A DNA stretch of 64,000 bases from Fonticula-like sp. SCN 57-25 (Eukaryota). Shown here piece by piece: positions 26,272 through 38,332 of the stretch. The stretch covers positions 1-64,000 of the forward strand of contig MEDX01000001.1 of assembly GCA_001724245.1 (NCBI GenBank), written 5' to 3'. A program made the translations under genes and the position numbers. Each line of letters starts with the position of its first letter. The stretch's first letter is position 1. A model generated the notes under the pieces. The model searched no databases. It had not been told where the DNA came from and saw only the letters and a program-made list of their open reading frames with translations.

Positions 26272-26340
26272 TTCAAATGGGCGCGCCCTTTGTAACGGAC
26301 TCGACCTCGATTGGTGATTGGTCGAGCGCAAATTTTCAAA
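26272..26340 (-). promoter_or_regulatory. CDE/CHR-like cell-cycle element with Myb site and two CCAAT boxes upstream of CAP-H
   Basis: Minus strand GGCGCG-CCCA-TTTGAA (26287-26272); TAACGG at 26293-26298; ATTGG at 26310 and 26317; second TTCAAA at 26335-26340. Confidence 0.55.
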
Positions 26341-26570
26341 TTGTTCAGATCTATGGGTGGCTCAGGTTTGGGGCAGCTGGGGCGGAAAGGCAAACCCTAA
26401 AAGTCTGTTCAGCTCGCAGGAGTCGGCCCATTGCTTAGCGAATCTCTAACAATTCCTTTCCCACCAACAGTACTAGATCCTGTTCTCCTCACGGTCGTAC
26501 ATCGCCATCGTACTCGAGTGTATTAGGACTGTCACAACACCAAATCACGTGACTTGACATTCTGCCTGCC

Positions 26571-29401
26571 ATGTCACTGCCTTCGGGTCGGGGTATGGGG
26601 CGGTCGGCCGTGGCTTCGGTCACGGTCGAGTCGCTCCAGCCGTCCGTTCACGAGGGCTACCTGCTGAAGCAGGGCGAGCGCTTGAAAAAGTGGAGCAAGC
26701 GCTGGTGCGTCCTCAAGGACAAGCGCCTCTACTACTTTGGTGGGCGGCTCCCGAGCGACAAGGCCAAGGGGGCCATCAATCTCGATGGCTATCTCGTCGA
26801 GATCGTAGACGATATGGAGCTGACGCAAAAGGCACTGGAGCGCAGGACGACTACATTGGCCATTTTCCGTTTGTTCCATGCGACGGCGCCCGAGTACCTG
26901 TTCTGTGCGACCAGCGAGAACGACCTTCAGGTACGGAGGGAGCAATGGGTTACTTGAAACATTCGTCCCCGGTGCTAAACAGTGATTCGCAGGAATGGGT
27001 GCAGAGTTTTTTGGTTGAAATGTTTCGCGAGACTGCGCGCTCGACCGTCCTGGCAGACTTTCAGATGCTTTCGCTTCCCTCTACAACGGCGCTGGCGCCG
27101 AGTGCTGCTGCGGCCCCTCTCCCCCCACTGCCTCGGCGGCCCTCGCAGGCAAACCATTTAGCCTACAGTGCGCCGGACGTTACCCCCGCTGTTGCCACCG
27201 ACTCCACCCCCGTGGACGCCCCCGTGGTTGTGGAGCAGGCGGGGCCGCGCCGCCGTCGGTTCAAGTCGGCCGAGCCCGCCGGCGAAGCGGCTGCCGAGGC
27301 TGCCTCGCCTCAAGCGCCACCCGAGCCGAGCCCAGACGTAGCGCCGCCCATGCAGCGGCTGTCAATTGCCGAGCGAAGCGCGCAGTACTCTAGCGCTGCT
27401 GCCGCCAGCACGCACAGGCCGTCGGCGCCGCCGACCCCTTCGGAGCCCGCCCCAACGGAGTCTGTGGCCGCTGCAGGTGCCGAGCCGACCCCGGCACCGC
27501 GTCCAAAGGGCATGATGCGACGCAGGCCTGGCCAGGCTGCCGCCGCCGCCCCAGCGGACGACCCGCAGCCGACCCCTGCGCATGCCGAGCCGACCCCGGC
27601 GCTTGTCTCGGATTCCTTCGTGCAGGCCACACAGGCCCCGGACACCGCCGCAGAACCCCTTGTCGCAAGCCAGCCGCTGACTTCGCGTCCGGCTGTGCTG
27701 CCAACGCCCACCGCGCCGCCCAAGCCTGCCGCGATTGTTACAAACACGCCGAGCCCAGTGGCCCCAAAGCCCGCGCCGGCCGCGAGCCCCGCTCCTGCTT
27801 CGCCTCTTTCACCAACCCCGGCGACAAAGCCAATGTCCCCGACAGCTGCCCCAAAGCCGTCGTCGCCGGCGGTTGCGCCTCCCAAACCCGCGCCTTCTCC
27901 GGTTGTGGCGCCCCCGAAGCCCGCGCCTTCTCCTGTCGCCAAGCCCGCGCCTTCTCCGGTCGCCAAGCCCGCGCCGACGCCGGCATCTCCCCAGCCTACG
28001 GCGCTGGCCGCCAGGGCACCCGCCGCGTCCCCTGCCTCGTCCGCGCCGGTTGATCGGCCAATGACCGTGCGCACCGGCGACCGCATCATGGTGGTGACCA
28101 AGAACCAGACGCGCGGTGCTGGCGGTGCGACTCGCGGGCCGGTTGGTCAGGTGTCCTTTTCGAGCAGCGCGGCCACGTCTGCGATTGTGGCGTGCGTCGA
28201 GTGGATCAACAGCACGCTACAGGGCAATACGCTCATGTCGCAGTTTGGCTTGGTACCCGTTAGCGCCTCTGACCTGGGCCGCGCCTGCAGCAACGGGCTG
28301 CTGCTGTGCCAGCTCGTGAACGTGGTCACGCCCGGCACGCTGGATTCGCGCGCGCTGACGACAACCGGCCTCGACTCGCAGTCCAACCGCGCGGACAATA
28401 TCGAACTCGCGGTCAACTCTGCGCGCTCGGTGGGCTGCCAGATGGGCTCTGTTTCGGTCGACGCCGTTGCTGCCGGCAGCAACGACGCCGCACAGACCGC
28501 CGTATACTCGATGCTCAAGGTCGCGCTGCGCAACCGCCTTCAGGTGCAGTACGTCGCCGACGACCCGAGCGGCGCCGCCAAGGAGTGCTCGCTATGCTCT
28601 GTCGAGATCGACGACGGCTACGCTGTCAAGGACGGGCGCGTCGCTTGCGTGTCCTGCCTCGGCGACACGGCGACGCTCATCCGCCTCTTTGCGGGCGGCG
28701 CTGACGCTCCCGGAGCGGGCTCCGTGGCGTCGTCCGCGCCCCGACCGTCCGCGGCGCCCTCGTCGTCCGCCGCCGCCGCGTCGGTCAAGGCATACCAGGC
28801 GTCAGCCTTGTCCAACCCCGATGTACAGGCCATTCACACCCGCTTGTCGACCATTGAGCACCAGCTCGCAACCTTTTCGGACGCGCAGATCGCGGCCGGC
28901 GCCCACGGCTCGTCCATGATGGCCGAAATGAAGAGCATCATGGCGGCAATTCAGGCCGTCTTGCCGCGCGCCGCTGCGGTGCGTTTCTCTCTGCTTTAAG
29001 TGCATTTTCTGACGCGTTTCACAGGATGGCGCGGACCTCATTAGCCGCTACAACGTTCTCGCCAAGGCCGTGCCTGTGCGCGTGAACCAGGCCAACAAGG
29101 CGGCCGGCGGTGGCGCGCAGGTCATCGTCAAGAACCAGGGGACGAGCTGCGCAAAGTGCAGCCAACCTCTCCAGGGCGAAATCGTCGACGCCTTTGGCTC
29201 GACGTTCCACAAGGGTACGCGCGGCGGTGCCGCCGTGTTCGTGGTCTTCTCACGCTCTCTTTCGCAGCCTGCTTTGGGTGCACGACGTGCAACCTCAAGC
29301 TGTCGACGTCGTGCCTGAGCATCGACGGCAAGCCCTACTGCGACCGCTGCGGCAAGAAGGCGTTCATTGCCCAGCGCATGGCCCACCGCACGGCCGCGTG
29401 A
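26571..29401 (+). CDS. PH + Pro-rich + calponin-homology + LIM domain cytoskeletal protein
   Basis: PH: HEGYLLKQGERLKKWSKRWCVLKDKRLYYF; fimbrin-like CH: VEWINSTL…CSNGLLLCQLVN…NIELAVNSARSVGC; LIM: CAKC…FHK|ACFGCTTC…DGKPYCDRC. Confidence 0.8.
27880..27976 (+). repeat. Coding tandem repeat (KPAPSPVA)
   Basis: About four copies of AAGCCCGCGCCTTCTCCGGT-like units. Confidence 0.7.
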
Positions 29402-29812
29402 GCCACCTTTTCCCGCGTGTTTTCCCAGCAAATTTTTCTCTTTTCTTAATGAATGTACCACCTTGACTGGGGGTGGGGACGGGGCGGTGGGCGCCGGCCG
29501 GCCGGCTCCCTCCCTCCTCCCCTCTCCCATACGTCACAATAACGAGTTCTATAATTGCTACCAGCATTTTCTGCCTTCCTAATCCATCGACGAGGCCATG
29601 CGAAGGCTTAATTCCCCTGGTGATGCGAAAATACGATCGCACAAATTGGTGAACACACTTCCCAAAAAGGCAACTGTCTAACGATTTTGGGTTAGTCGGG
29701 CGCGTGCAGCGTCGTTCGCTTTCTTTTGTGACTTCCTTGCGGACGAGGGACGGGCGCGAACACCCAGTCCTTTCTTCTCTCGGCTTCAGGCAACAGGTAG
29801 TCGTTTTTCCCA

Positions 29813-31376
29813 ATGGCGCCCGTCACTACCATCTGCTGCATCGGCGCCGGCTACGTCGGCGGCCCGACGTGCGCGCTCATCGCGGCCAAGTGCCCCCACA
29901 TCAAGGTGACGGTCGTTGACCTGAGCGAGGCGCGCATCGCCGCGTGGAACTCGGACGAGCTCCCCATCTACGAGCCGGGCCTTTTGGAGGTGGTCAAGTC
30001 GGCGCGCGGCCGCAACCTCTTCTTCAGCACTGATGTCGTTGGCGCCATCAACGACAGCGAGCTCATCTTTGTGTCAGTTAACACGCCCACCAAGAGCAAG
30101 GGCCTCGGCGCCGGCGCCGCTGCCGACCTCAAGTTTATCGAGCGTGCCACCCGCCAGATCGCCGAGGTTGCCACGTCGTCCAAGATCGTCGTAGAAAAGT
30201 CGACTGTCCCGTGCAAGACGGCCGAGAGCATGCGCGCCATCCTCGAGGCGAACTCGCGGCCCGGAATCTCCTTCCAGATCCTCTCCAACCCCGAGTTCCT
30301 CGCCGAGGTGCGCGCGAATAGTACCCGCCTTTTGCGCATTTTCTTTGCTGACATCTGTCCATCAAGGGTACCGCCGTCCGCGATCTCGAGGCGCCCGACC
30401 GCGTTCTTATTGGTAGCCTCCAGTCGGCCGAGGGCCTCGCTGCGCAGCAGCAGCTCGTCGACGTGTACGCCAACTGGGTGCCGCGCGAGCGCATCATCAC
30501 CATGAACCTGTGGTCGTCGGAGCTCTCCAAGCTCGCCGCGAACGCCATGCTGGCCCAGCGTATCTCGAGCATTAACGCGCTCAGCGCCCTCTGCGAGGCG
30601 ACCGGCGCAGATGTGGACGAGGTGTCGTACGCCGTCGGCACTGACTCCCGCCTCGGCTCCAAGTTCCTCAAGGCCAGCGTTGGCTTTGGCGGCAGCTGCT
30701 TCCAGAAGGACATTCTTAACCTCGTGTACCTCTGCGAGTCGCTCCACCTCCCCGAGGTTGCCGCGTACTGGCGCCAGGTGGTCATCATGAACGACTACCA
30801 GAAGAACCGCTTTGTGCGCCGCATCGTGAGCAGCCTCTTCAACACCATCGCCGGCAAGAAGATCGCCGTGCTGGGCTTTGCTTTCAAGAAGGACACTGGC
30901 GACACTCGGTATGTTTTTTGCACTCTGTCGCTTTCCCGAGGCTAATGCGCGCGCTATAGTGAGTCGGCCTCGATCAACGTGTGCCGCGGTCTCCTCGACG
31001 AGAACGCGTTTGTGTCCATCTACGACCCGAAGGTGTCGCGGGACCAGATCGTCTCCGATTTGACCGAGAACATGTCGGAGGCTTCGGCCCTTTCTGGTGC
31101 GCACCGTCTTTGTAGGGCTGCTGGCGGGTACTGACGCAGGGATTTTTAGCTCTTAAGCTTGTCACCATCCACTCGAGCGCCTACGAGGCCGCTGCCAATG
31201 CCGACGCCCTCGTTATCTGCACCGAGTGGGACGAGTTCAAGGCTCTCGACTATGAGAAGATTTACAAGTCCATGCACAAGCCCGCCTTCCTCTTTGACGG
31301 CCGCCTTATGCTCAACGCCCAGGCCCTCAAGGCGATTGGCTTCAATGTGCACGTTATCGGCAAGACGATTCTCTAG
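29813..31376 (+). CDS. UGDH: UDP-glucose 6-dehydrogenase
   Basis: [59 protein letters not shown]; 3 introns. Confidence 0.97.
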
Positions 31377-31748
31377 AGAGAACAAGTTTAAAGTTTGACG
31401 TATTCCCTTTCTCAAGGTGTACCCGACATTATTTATTTCTTCTTGGGAGCGAGGAATGGCATTTGTGGCCTTGTTTCAAAGCATTAATAAACCCCGACAG
31501 GCCATTGTACATTTTGATTTACTCGTAGACCACCGCCGCATCGGCCACCTTTCGAAAGACCGCCTTGTGCCGCAGTTGTGCCGCGCCGCCGCCTACTTGA
31601 CGAACGGGCGAATGATTGGCTATTTTGGTGAGATGGTTTGATGATCCAGAGTTGCAGCCATCCACGTGGCCACATTGAGCATTCCAGACGGGTCGGCGTA
31701 GTGGAGGTGACCCCGACATTTTGTCCTTTTGCTCTTGGCTGCGCTAGT

Positions 31749-34719
31749 ATGAGGCCGGACTTGCCCGCGCCGGGCAAGGTGCAGGCCCTCAAGAACTCGT
31801 TTGAACAGATAGGCGGCACCAAAGTGCGTCGCGCGTTATAGTGGTGTCTTTTTTGCTAACGATCGCCTACCCCTGCTATGTTGTGTTAGCCTGACCATGC
31901 AAGACCGAAGGCGACAGAGACGCCACAGAAGCCAGTAGAGGCGCCTAGGGCGCCGGTCGTGCCGCGCGACGAGCCTGCTGCAGGCGATCGGGCTTTGTCA
32001 CCTTTGCAGGCGACGGCGGCGGCACAGGCTGTGATGCTGGATGACGTCTCCTGCGCGCCCGACGTGAAGCCAATGATGGACCGCGTGCTTCAGTCAGTGA
32101 AGGTGCACGGCCACATGGCGGACTTTATCGGGCGTGTATCCGCTGCAGAGGTGGCGTACGCGACGAACCTGCGCGGGATCCTTCAGCCGACGATCGACCT
32201 GCTCGATGCCGGCTATGAGATCCCTTCGTCTTTTGCGTGCATCGCCGAGGGCATCGACGTTGTCTCGACGCTTCACAAGACGTATGCCGAGCAGCTGCAG
32301 GTGCGTTCAGTTTGCGCCTTGAAGTGAATTGCTCACATTTTCTGCGCAGTCGCTTGTTATCCCCGCGCTGAGCAACTATTCCAACATTGTCGCCTTTGGC
32401 TCTGAGCTGGAAAAGGTTGACATTCGAAAGCCCGAGGAATTTGGCCGGCTGTGCATGCGCTTTGGCGACATGGAGACGGAGCGTCTCGAGCGCGTGCGGG
32501 AGGCGATGCTCGGCCACCAGTCGATCCGCTCCATGCTGCTGCTCCAAGAGTCCAACATCTGCAAGGAGCGGCAGATGGACGTCGAGTACATCCGGCCCAC
32601 TGACGAGGCGAACCTCGCTATGCAGGAGGAGCTTGCGCGCAATCCAGAATTCATGCGAATGCAGTCGTCCGTCAAGGTACGCGCGCGGGCGCATACCTTT
32701 TTTTTCCGTCGGCTCACCCGTTTTGCTGCAGGGTCACTCGCCAAAGGGCCTGAATCGCGTACGGTTCAACGCCAATGGCCCCATCTTTCTCGGGTACGCG
32801 GCTGGCCCGCCCTCGAGCGACACGGAAGAGGACGAAGAGGATGACGACGACGAGGACGACGAGGACGACCTCACGGACGAGGAGGACGACGGCTTTGACG
32901 AGGAGAGCCTGGAGCCGCTGAGCACGGACGAGTCGGGCGAGCTGATCGGCGACGACGACGGCGCGCCCCGCGCGTCGCTGCTGCTGGAGGATAACGAGGA
33001 ACACGCGGCCGACGAGGAAGAGGAGGGCGGCGACGACGACGACACGTCGAGCGTCATCATCAACGACGGAGACGACGAGGCCGCGCGCGCGGAGGTCGTC
33101 GGTGACGGCGCACTTGAGGACGGCGCCGCGGACGACGACGATGATGCTGCGCCCGCGCAGGACGCGGACGTGACGGTCATTGTGCACGATGACGCCGATG
33201 CGGCCTTTGACTCTGACCCGACGCACGGCGCCGTGCTGATCGCCGCCGAGGCCGCGCCCGCGCCCGTGCCGCAGCGCGACATGTCAACGCAGACGGAGGA
33301 GATGATCCCACTGAGTCTCTCGCCGAGGCCGCTGCCTGACTCGTCGCTGATGCGCGTCGCCCGCCACAGCAGCGCAAACGCGCTCATCCAGCAGGAGCCA
33401 GCCGAGGCCAAGGACGACCTGTCGCTCGAGTGGCTCCAGGGGCTCCTCAGAAACATCATGTCGGTCGGACTGAACAGCGAGCCGGCCGCCAAATTGATAG
33501 AGACGTTTGGCGAGCTCAAGCAGTATCGCGACAAAGGTGCGGCCTTTTCTCTTTTTTCTTTGAGTGTGTCTAACGAGGCCTCAGCTGCCCACGCGACGCG
33601 CGAGGTGGAAATGATGCGCCGGAACTACAGCCGGCTGTACAACACATTCTCTGTCGGCCAACAAGGAGGCGCCGCAGGCGGCGCCGCCCCCGACGCGCTG
33701 CCGGTCCCCCCCACCGGCGCGGTCGCCAACTCGCCCGACCTGTCGTCGCAGACGGAAACGCCGCCGCCCGGGCAGGACGCGGACACGGACGGCGCCGACG
33801 AAGAGGAGGAGGGCCTCATGCGCCGGCTGTCCACGGGCAGCATCTCGGAGGAGATTAGCCCACAAAAGCACGTCGCGCTTCTCAAGCGTAAGCTCAAGCG
33901 GCAGCGCGGCGACAGTGCGTACCAATTTTGCCGCCCTAACGATACTAACTCGCTGTGATAGTCAAAAAGCTGACGGACGAAATCGAGTCACACCGCGTAC
34001 AGTTTGCCGACCTGGAGCGCAAGCTGAGCCTCTCTGAAAAGGACAAGGACAAGGGGGAGGCGGCGGCCGGCAAGGAGTCGGCACCGGAAGGGCACCAGGT
34101 GACGTCGGGCACGTCGCTGCGGCGCGTCCCGTCCATTACGAACAAGTCGGTCGACTTTTTGCGTGTGTACCGCACCAACGACTCGTACAAGACGATGGCG
34201 TACTCGGACATTACTACCGTGGAGGACTTGCTGCGCGCCGTGTGCGAAAAGTGCGACATGTTCCCGGCGGAAAAGTACGCCATCTACGAGAGCATGCCCG
34301 GTCTGCCAATGCACGTGGACCGCCTGGTGGACAACAGCGAGTTGGTTTGTAACCTTCGAGGCGTGTGGCGCCTCAGCAACGCCAACGGCAAGGACAGCAC
34401 GCACGTCGAGCGCCGCATCAACGTCAAGCTGCGCCGCGCCCAGGCCAACCACACCCCGCTCGTCGACGCAGAGGTTCGCAATTTTGCATGGAATTCGCGT
34501 TTTTTCTGTTGCATTCTAACCGTGGCGCATCGGTAGGCGAGTGTCCCCAAGCGCCTGCAAAACATGCGGCAGTCGTTCATGATGAACGAGGCCACGGCGC
34601 CGCTCGGGTTGGGCGGGTCGGCCAGCCCGTCGTCCAGCGCGGCCGGCGAAGGTGGCTCGCCCAAGAAGCCGTTCTCCAAAAAGGAGGGCCTTTTTATGCT
34701 CTTTAGCGGGCGCATGTGA
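31749..34719 (+). CDS. F-BAR-like + acidic tract + coiled coil + Ras-association-like domain protein (start approximate)
   Basis: FIGRVSAAEVAYATNL…LHKTYAEQLQ|SLVIPAL resembles FCH/F-BAR; D/E-rich stretch about 32820-33150; LRVYRTNDSYKTMAYSDITTVEDLLRAVCEK is RA-like. Confidence 0.55.
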
Positions 34720-34924
34720 GCATTGTCACGAGCCAAAGAGATAATTTAACTACAGAATGTACTTCATTTCAGATTGAATAATACCCGTCGAACCAGTCAA
34801 AAAACACAAGAGGCTCGGCCACCAGTACAAAAGGAACAAAGGATCCAAGAAGAAAAAGAATACGAAAAATGTCTATGATGCAATGCAGAATATGCACAGT
34901 GGGGTCCGCTGGCGGTCGGTGCGG

Positions 34925-35827
34925 TTAGGCAAGGAGGTCCATGATGCCCATGGCCTTGAGCACGTGTGCCATCTCCTTCTCGTTGAGCAGCATCGAGCGC
35001 GTCTTGCTCGTGCTCACCACGCGCCGCCCGTGGCCGCTCGCGGGCCTCTGCAAAACTTCCGGCTCTTCGGGCTCCTTGTGCTTGCTGAGGATTACCATAT
35101 TGACGGGGTGGTAGGTGTCGTCGAGCATCGAGACGCCCTCGCTCGCCTGCACCAGGTTCCACCCGTAGGCCGACAGCAGGTTCAGCAGCGTGCACAGCGG
35201 CACGTGCTTCTCGCAGTACCAACCGCGCTCATCCAGCCGCTTCTTGTCGGCCGACACGCCGTGGGAAATAGTCGCAAGCACCTGCGGGGGGAGCAGCCCG
35301 ATCACGCGAACGCCGCGATTGGCAAAGCACTCGACCGTCAAAAACACATTCTGAGAAGGAGCCTATAGGAGCAACAGGGTCAGCAGCGCAGAAAACTCAC
35401 ACTTAAAAGTATATGAGCGTACGGTGGCGCGAAGGGCCTCCTCTTCGGCGATGGCCTGCTTGATGGCGTCCATCCACGCGACCATTTCCTCCTCGGACGC
35501 GGCCGAGAGGTACCATGTCCGGGCCTTGTCGTGGCCGCGCAGCGCAAACACGTTCTGCTGAAGCGGCCGCTCGTCCGTGCGCTCAACCGCGGCGACGTCC
35601 TCAAGGTAGATGGTGCCGAGCGAGGCAAGGTCCTCCTCCGTCTTGGAGTACGAGATGGCGTTGCCGCTCATCACGAACCAGCGCTTGCGCCAGTTGCGGA
35701 CGGTCGCGCCGCCCTCCTTGACAAGGTAGCCGCTCTTCTTCACGCGGACGTCCTCCTGCAGCACATTCTGCTGCGCCTTTTGCTGAAAGTCAAAGTAAGC
35801 CCACGTGTCGGCGGCATCCCTTGGCAT
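34925..35827 (-). CDS. PH domain protein with uncharacterised C-terminal domain
   Basis: KSGYLVKEGGATVRNWRKRWFV…RTWYLSAASEEEMVAWMDAI; one intron; start approximate. Confidence 0.8.
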
Positions 35828-35979
35828 ACCATTAAGGCCGACCGCATCATCACCTGCATCTTGTCGAGCCACTTCGGTCCAAACAGACCCCAAAACACAA
35901 AGCGCTGGGTGCGATTACGCATGCGATTTTTCTAGTCGATTCATCTTTAAACTCATCTTTCGTCGGCTTGCGGTGCGCC

Positions 35980-36723
35980 ATGCTGCTCGGGAGGCGAATC
36001 TTGCTGCAGGCTTCGGCGTCGGCATCGACAGGCGCTGGTGCCGCGTCGGCTGCCAAGTTGAATAGCCGCGTTACAGAGTACACGTCAAAGACGCAATGGA
36101 CGATCGGCACTTTTCCGCCGGAGCGTGCGGTGCAGGAGCACTCGACGCCGAACCCGTTCAAGCGCCCGCCTGCGCCGAGGAAACAGTTTATGGGCGACAA
36201 GCTCGTCGGTTCCGTGGGGCAGCCGCTGCTAATTGCCGTGCAGCATAACAATATGACTTTTGAGGAGTGGACGACGATCCGCAAGCAGCTTTCGGCGGTC
36301 GGTGCCGATGCCCGCGTGGCTCGGTCGGTGCTGCTGCGCGCTCGCATCGTCAAGGAGATGCCCGGCGCCGATGGCGAGAGGCTTGGATCCCTTTTCCGCG
36401 GCCCCACGGCGGTGGTGTCCTGCGGTGAGGCGTCGCCCCCCAAGCTCAAGGCCATCTTTGATGTCATCTCTAAGCAGCCCAAGCTCACCGTCCTTGGCGG
36501 TCGGTTCGAGTCGCGGGTCGTGAGCGTCGCGGACATCGGGCCCATCTCGAACCTGCCGCCGCTCGATATCCTGCGCGGCCAGCTTCTCGGTTTGCTACAG
36601 AGCCCCGCGCAGTCGCTCGTTGGCCTGCTGCAGATGCCCGCCGTATACATGGCGGCCACGCTCGACCAGGCATCAAAGGCAAAGGAGACGCCGGCGGGCG
36701 AGGAGAAGGAGGCGTCGTCGTGA
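35980..36723 (+). CDS. Mitochondrial ribosomal protein uL10m
   Basis: Arg/Ala/Ser-rich presequence; AVQHNNMTFEEWTTIRKQL, LFRGPTAVV, ISNLPPLDILRGQLLGLLQSPA. Confidence 0.85.
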   Translation: MLLGRRILLQASASASTGAGAASAAKLNSRVTEYTSKTQWTIGTFPPERAVQEHSTPNPFKRPPAPRKQFMGDKLVGSVGQPLLIAVQHNNMTFEEWTTIRKQLSAVGADARVARSVLLRARIVKEMPGADGERLGSLFRGPTAVVSCGEASPPKLKAIFDVISKQPKLTVLGGRFESRVVSVADIGPISNLPPLDILRGQLLGLLQSPAQSLVGLLQMPAVYMAATLDQASKAKETPAGEEKEASS

Positions 36724-36806
36724 GCGTCTCGCAGAGGTGAAAGACGGGAAAATATTATGTAGAATAAACATTTTTAATGAATTGAATACACAAAAATTCC
36801 AAATAT

Positions 36807-38133
36807 CTACACATTACCGACGTCGGCCGGCTTCCAATAGAGAACGAGATTGCGGCCGCGGAAAGGCAAAAAGCCGCGCGAAATGCCCGGGTGCTTTGCT
36901 TGCAAATAGTCGACAAACTGCGAGTACGCCACGACGGGTGACCCATCCGGAAGGCGCCTGTCAGGGAACTGGGTCGGGAAGACGCAGCAGGGCAGCACGG
37001 CGAACGGCTTGCCCACGCTCAGGCAGTAGTCGACGATGGGCTCGGTCGCCTGGTCCGGGTGCATCCCAATCACAAGCGAGGCCTTTTCCAGGATGCTCGC
37101 ATGTGTCGGGGACGCTATCAAGTCGTCGTCAAAGAGCATGCAGAGCTGCGGCGGAAGCGACACGGCGGCCTTTTCCAGCATTGACTCTTGCTGCGGCGTG
37201 AGGGCGCGGGGCCGAGGGTCAATCAGCGTGCTCGCCACCTTGTTAAATGCGAGGTTGAAAGAAATGTCGCCGCGGCCACCGGCCACGTCCAACACCGCGT
37301 CGCCCTCCTTTAGCCCAAATTGCTGCGTGATCCACTCGACAAATCGCTCGGCTCTCTGGTGCCGCGAGACATGCCCCCCCACCGGGATAGGATCGCATGG
37401 GTCGTGCGACTCGAATGCCCGGCGCTGTACGCGCTCCTTGACAAATTTGCTGCGGAGTTCCGTGAGCTGCGCTCCCTCAACGTGGCGGAACTTGCAGTCT
37501 ATCCGAGGGCAGCGGCCGCTGTTAAGCCAGTACTTGCAATGCGGAACGGGCTCGGGAGATGCGGCGTCTCCGTCCTCGTCGTTGTCTTGGCTGCAGGATG
37601 TGCTGCTCGTTTCCGTCGCCAACGCGCCAAACTCGGGCAAGGTCGGCAGGGCGCCAATGTCGCGCCTCGATAGGCCAGAAAGAGGCAACGAAACGGCCGG
37701 CTTGCCGGGATTCTCGTCGGCCCAGTACGAAACCACGGATAGCGATGAGCACCGCAGCAGTAGGAGCGTGTCCGTCGGTGCAGAGTCGAACTTGCACGTG
37801 GCCTGTACGACATCGCCGATATGCACGACCGAGCGGGCGCACCGAACCAAGTTTGTGTCGCCTGTAGTGTTGTCACCTGCAGTGTCCTTGACAACAAGCT
37901 CAACACGTACATTGCCGGGGGTCTCCTTGTTCGCGAGTAGATCTATGAAAACGAGCTTGCGGCTGACACACCTGCGATGGACGATGCGTCCCTGCACCAC
38001 GATCTCCCACTCGCCACGCGTGCGTTCCTGCAGAGCCCCTCAGCAACACTAAGCAAATATCAAATCGTACGGTTTCTAGATCTGCTGGCCCGCACAAGTC
38101 ATCATAGAGCACGTCAAAGTCCTCGTATCGCAT
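36807..38133 (-). CDS. OB-fold + CCCH zinc finger + class I SAM-dependent methyltransferase
   Basis: GRIVHRRCVSRKLVFIDL (OB-like); CKYWLNSGRCPRIDCKFRH; VLDVAGGRG; GMHPDQATEPIVD…PFAVLPCCVFP. Confidence 0.75.
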
Positions 38134-38332
38134 TGTGGGCGACGGCGTGAATCGATGACCGCTTTGCTGACTGCGCATTTTCGATGGCCCAGTTTCACCA
38201 TGAAACGTACGGACATGCAGGATGCAATGCAGGAGGCGAGCGATAAAGTATGTATTCGCCATAAAAAAATACAATATTCAATACATAATATAGTGTAGAC
38301 ATAACTTTTAATGAAGCATTCATATGCACGCA

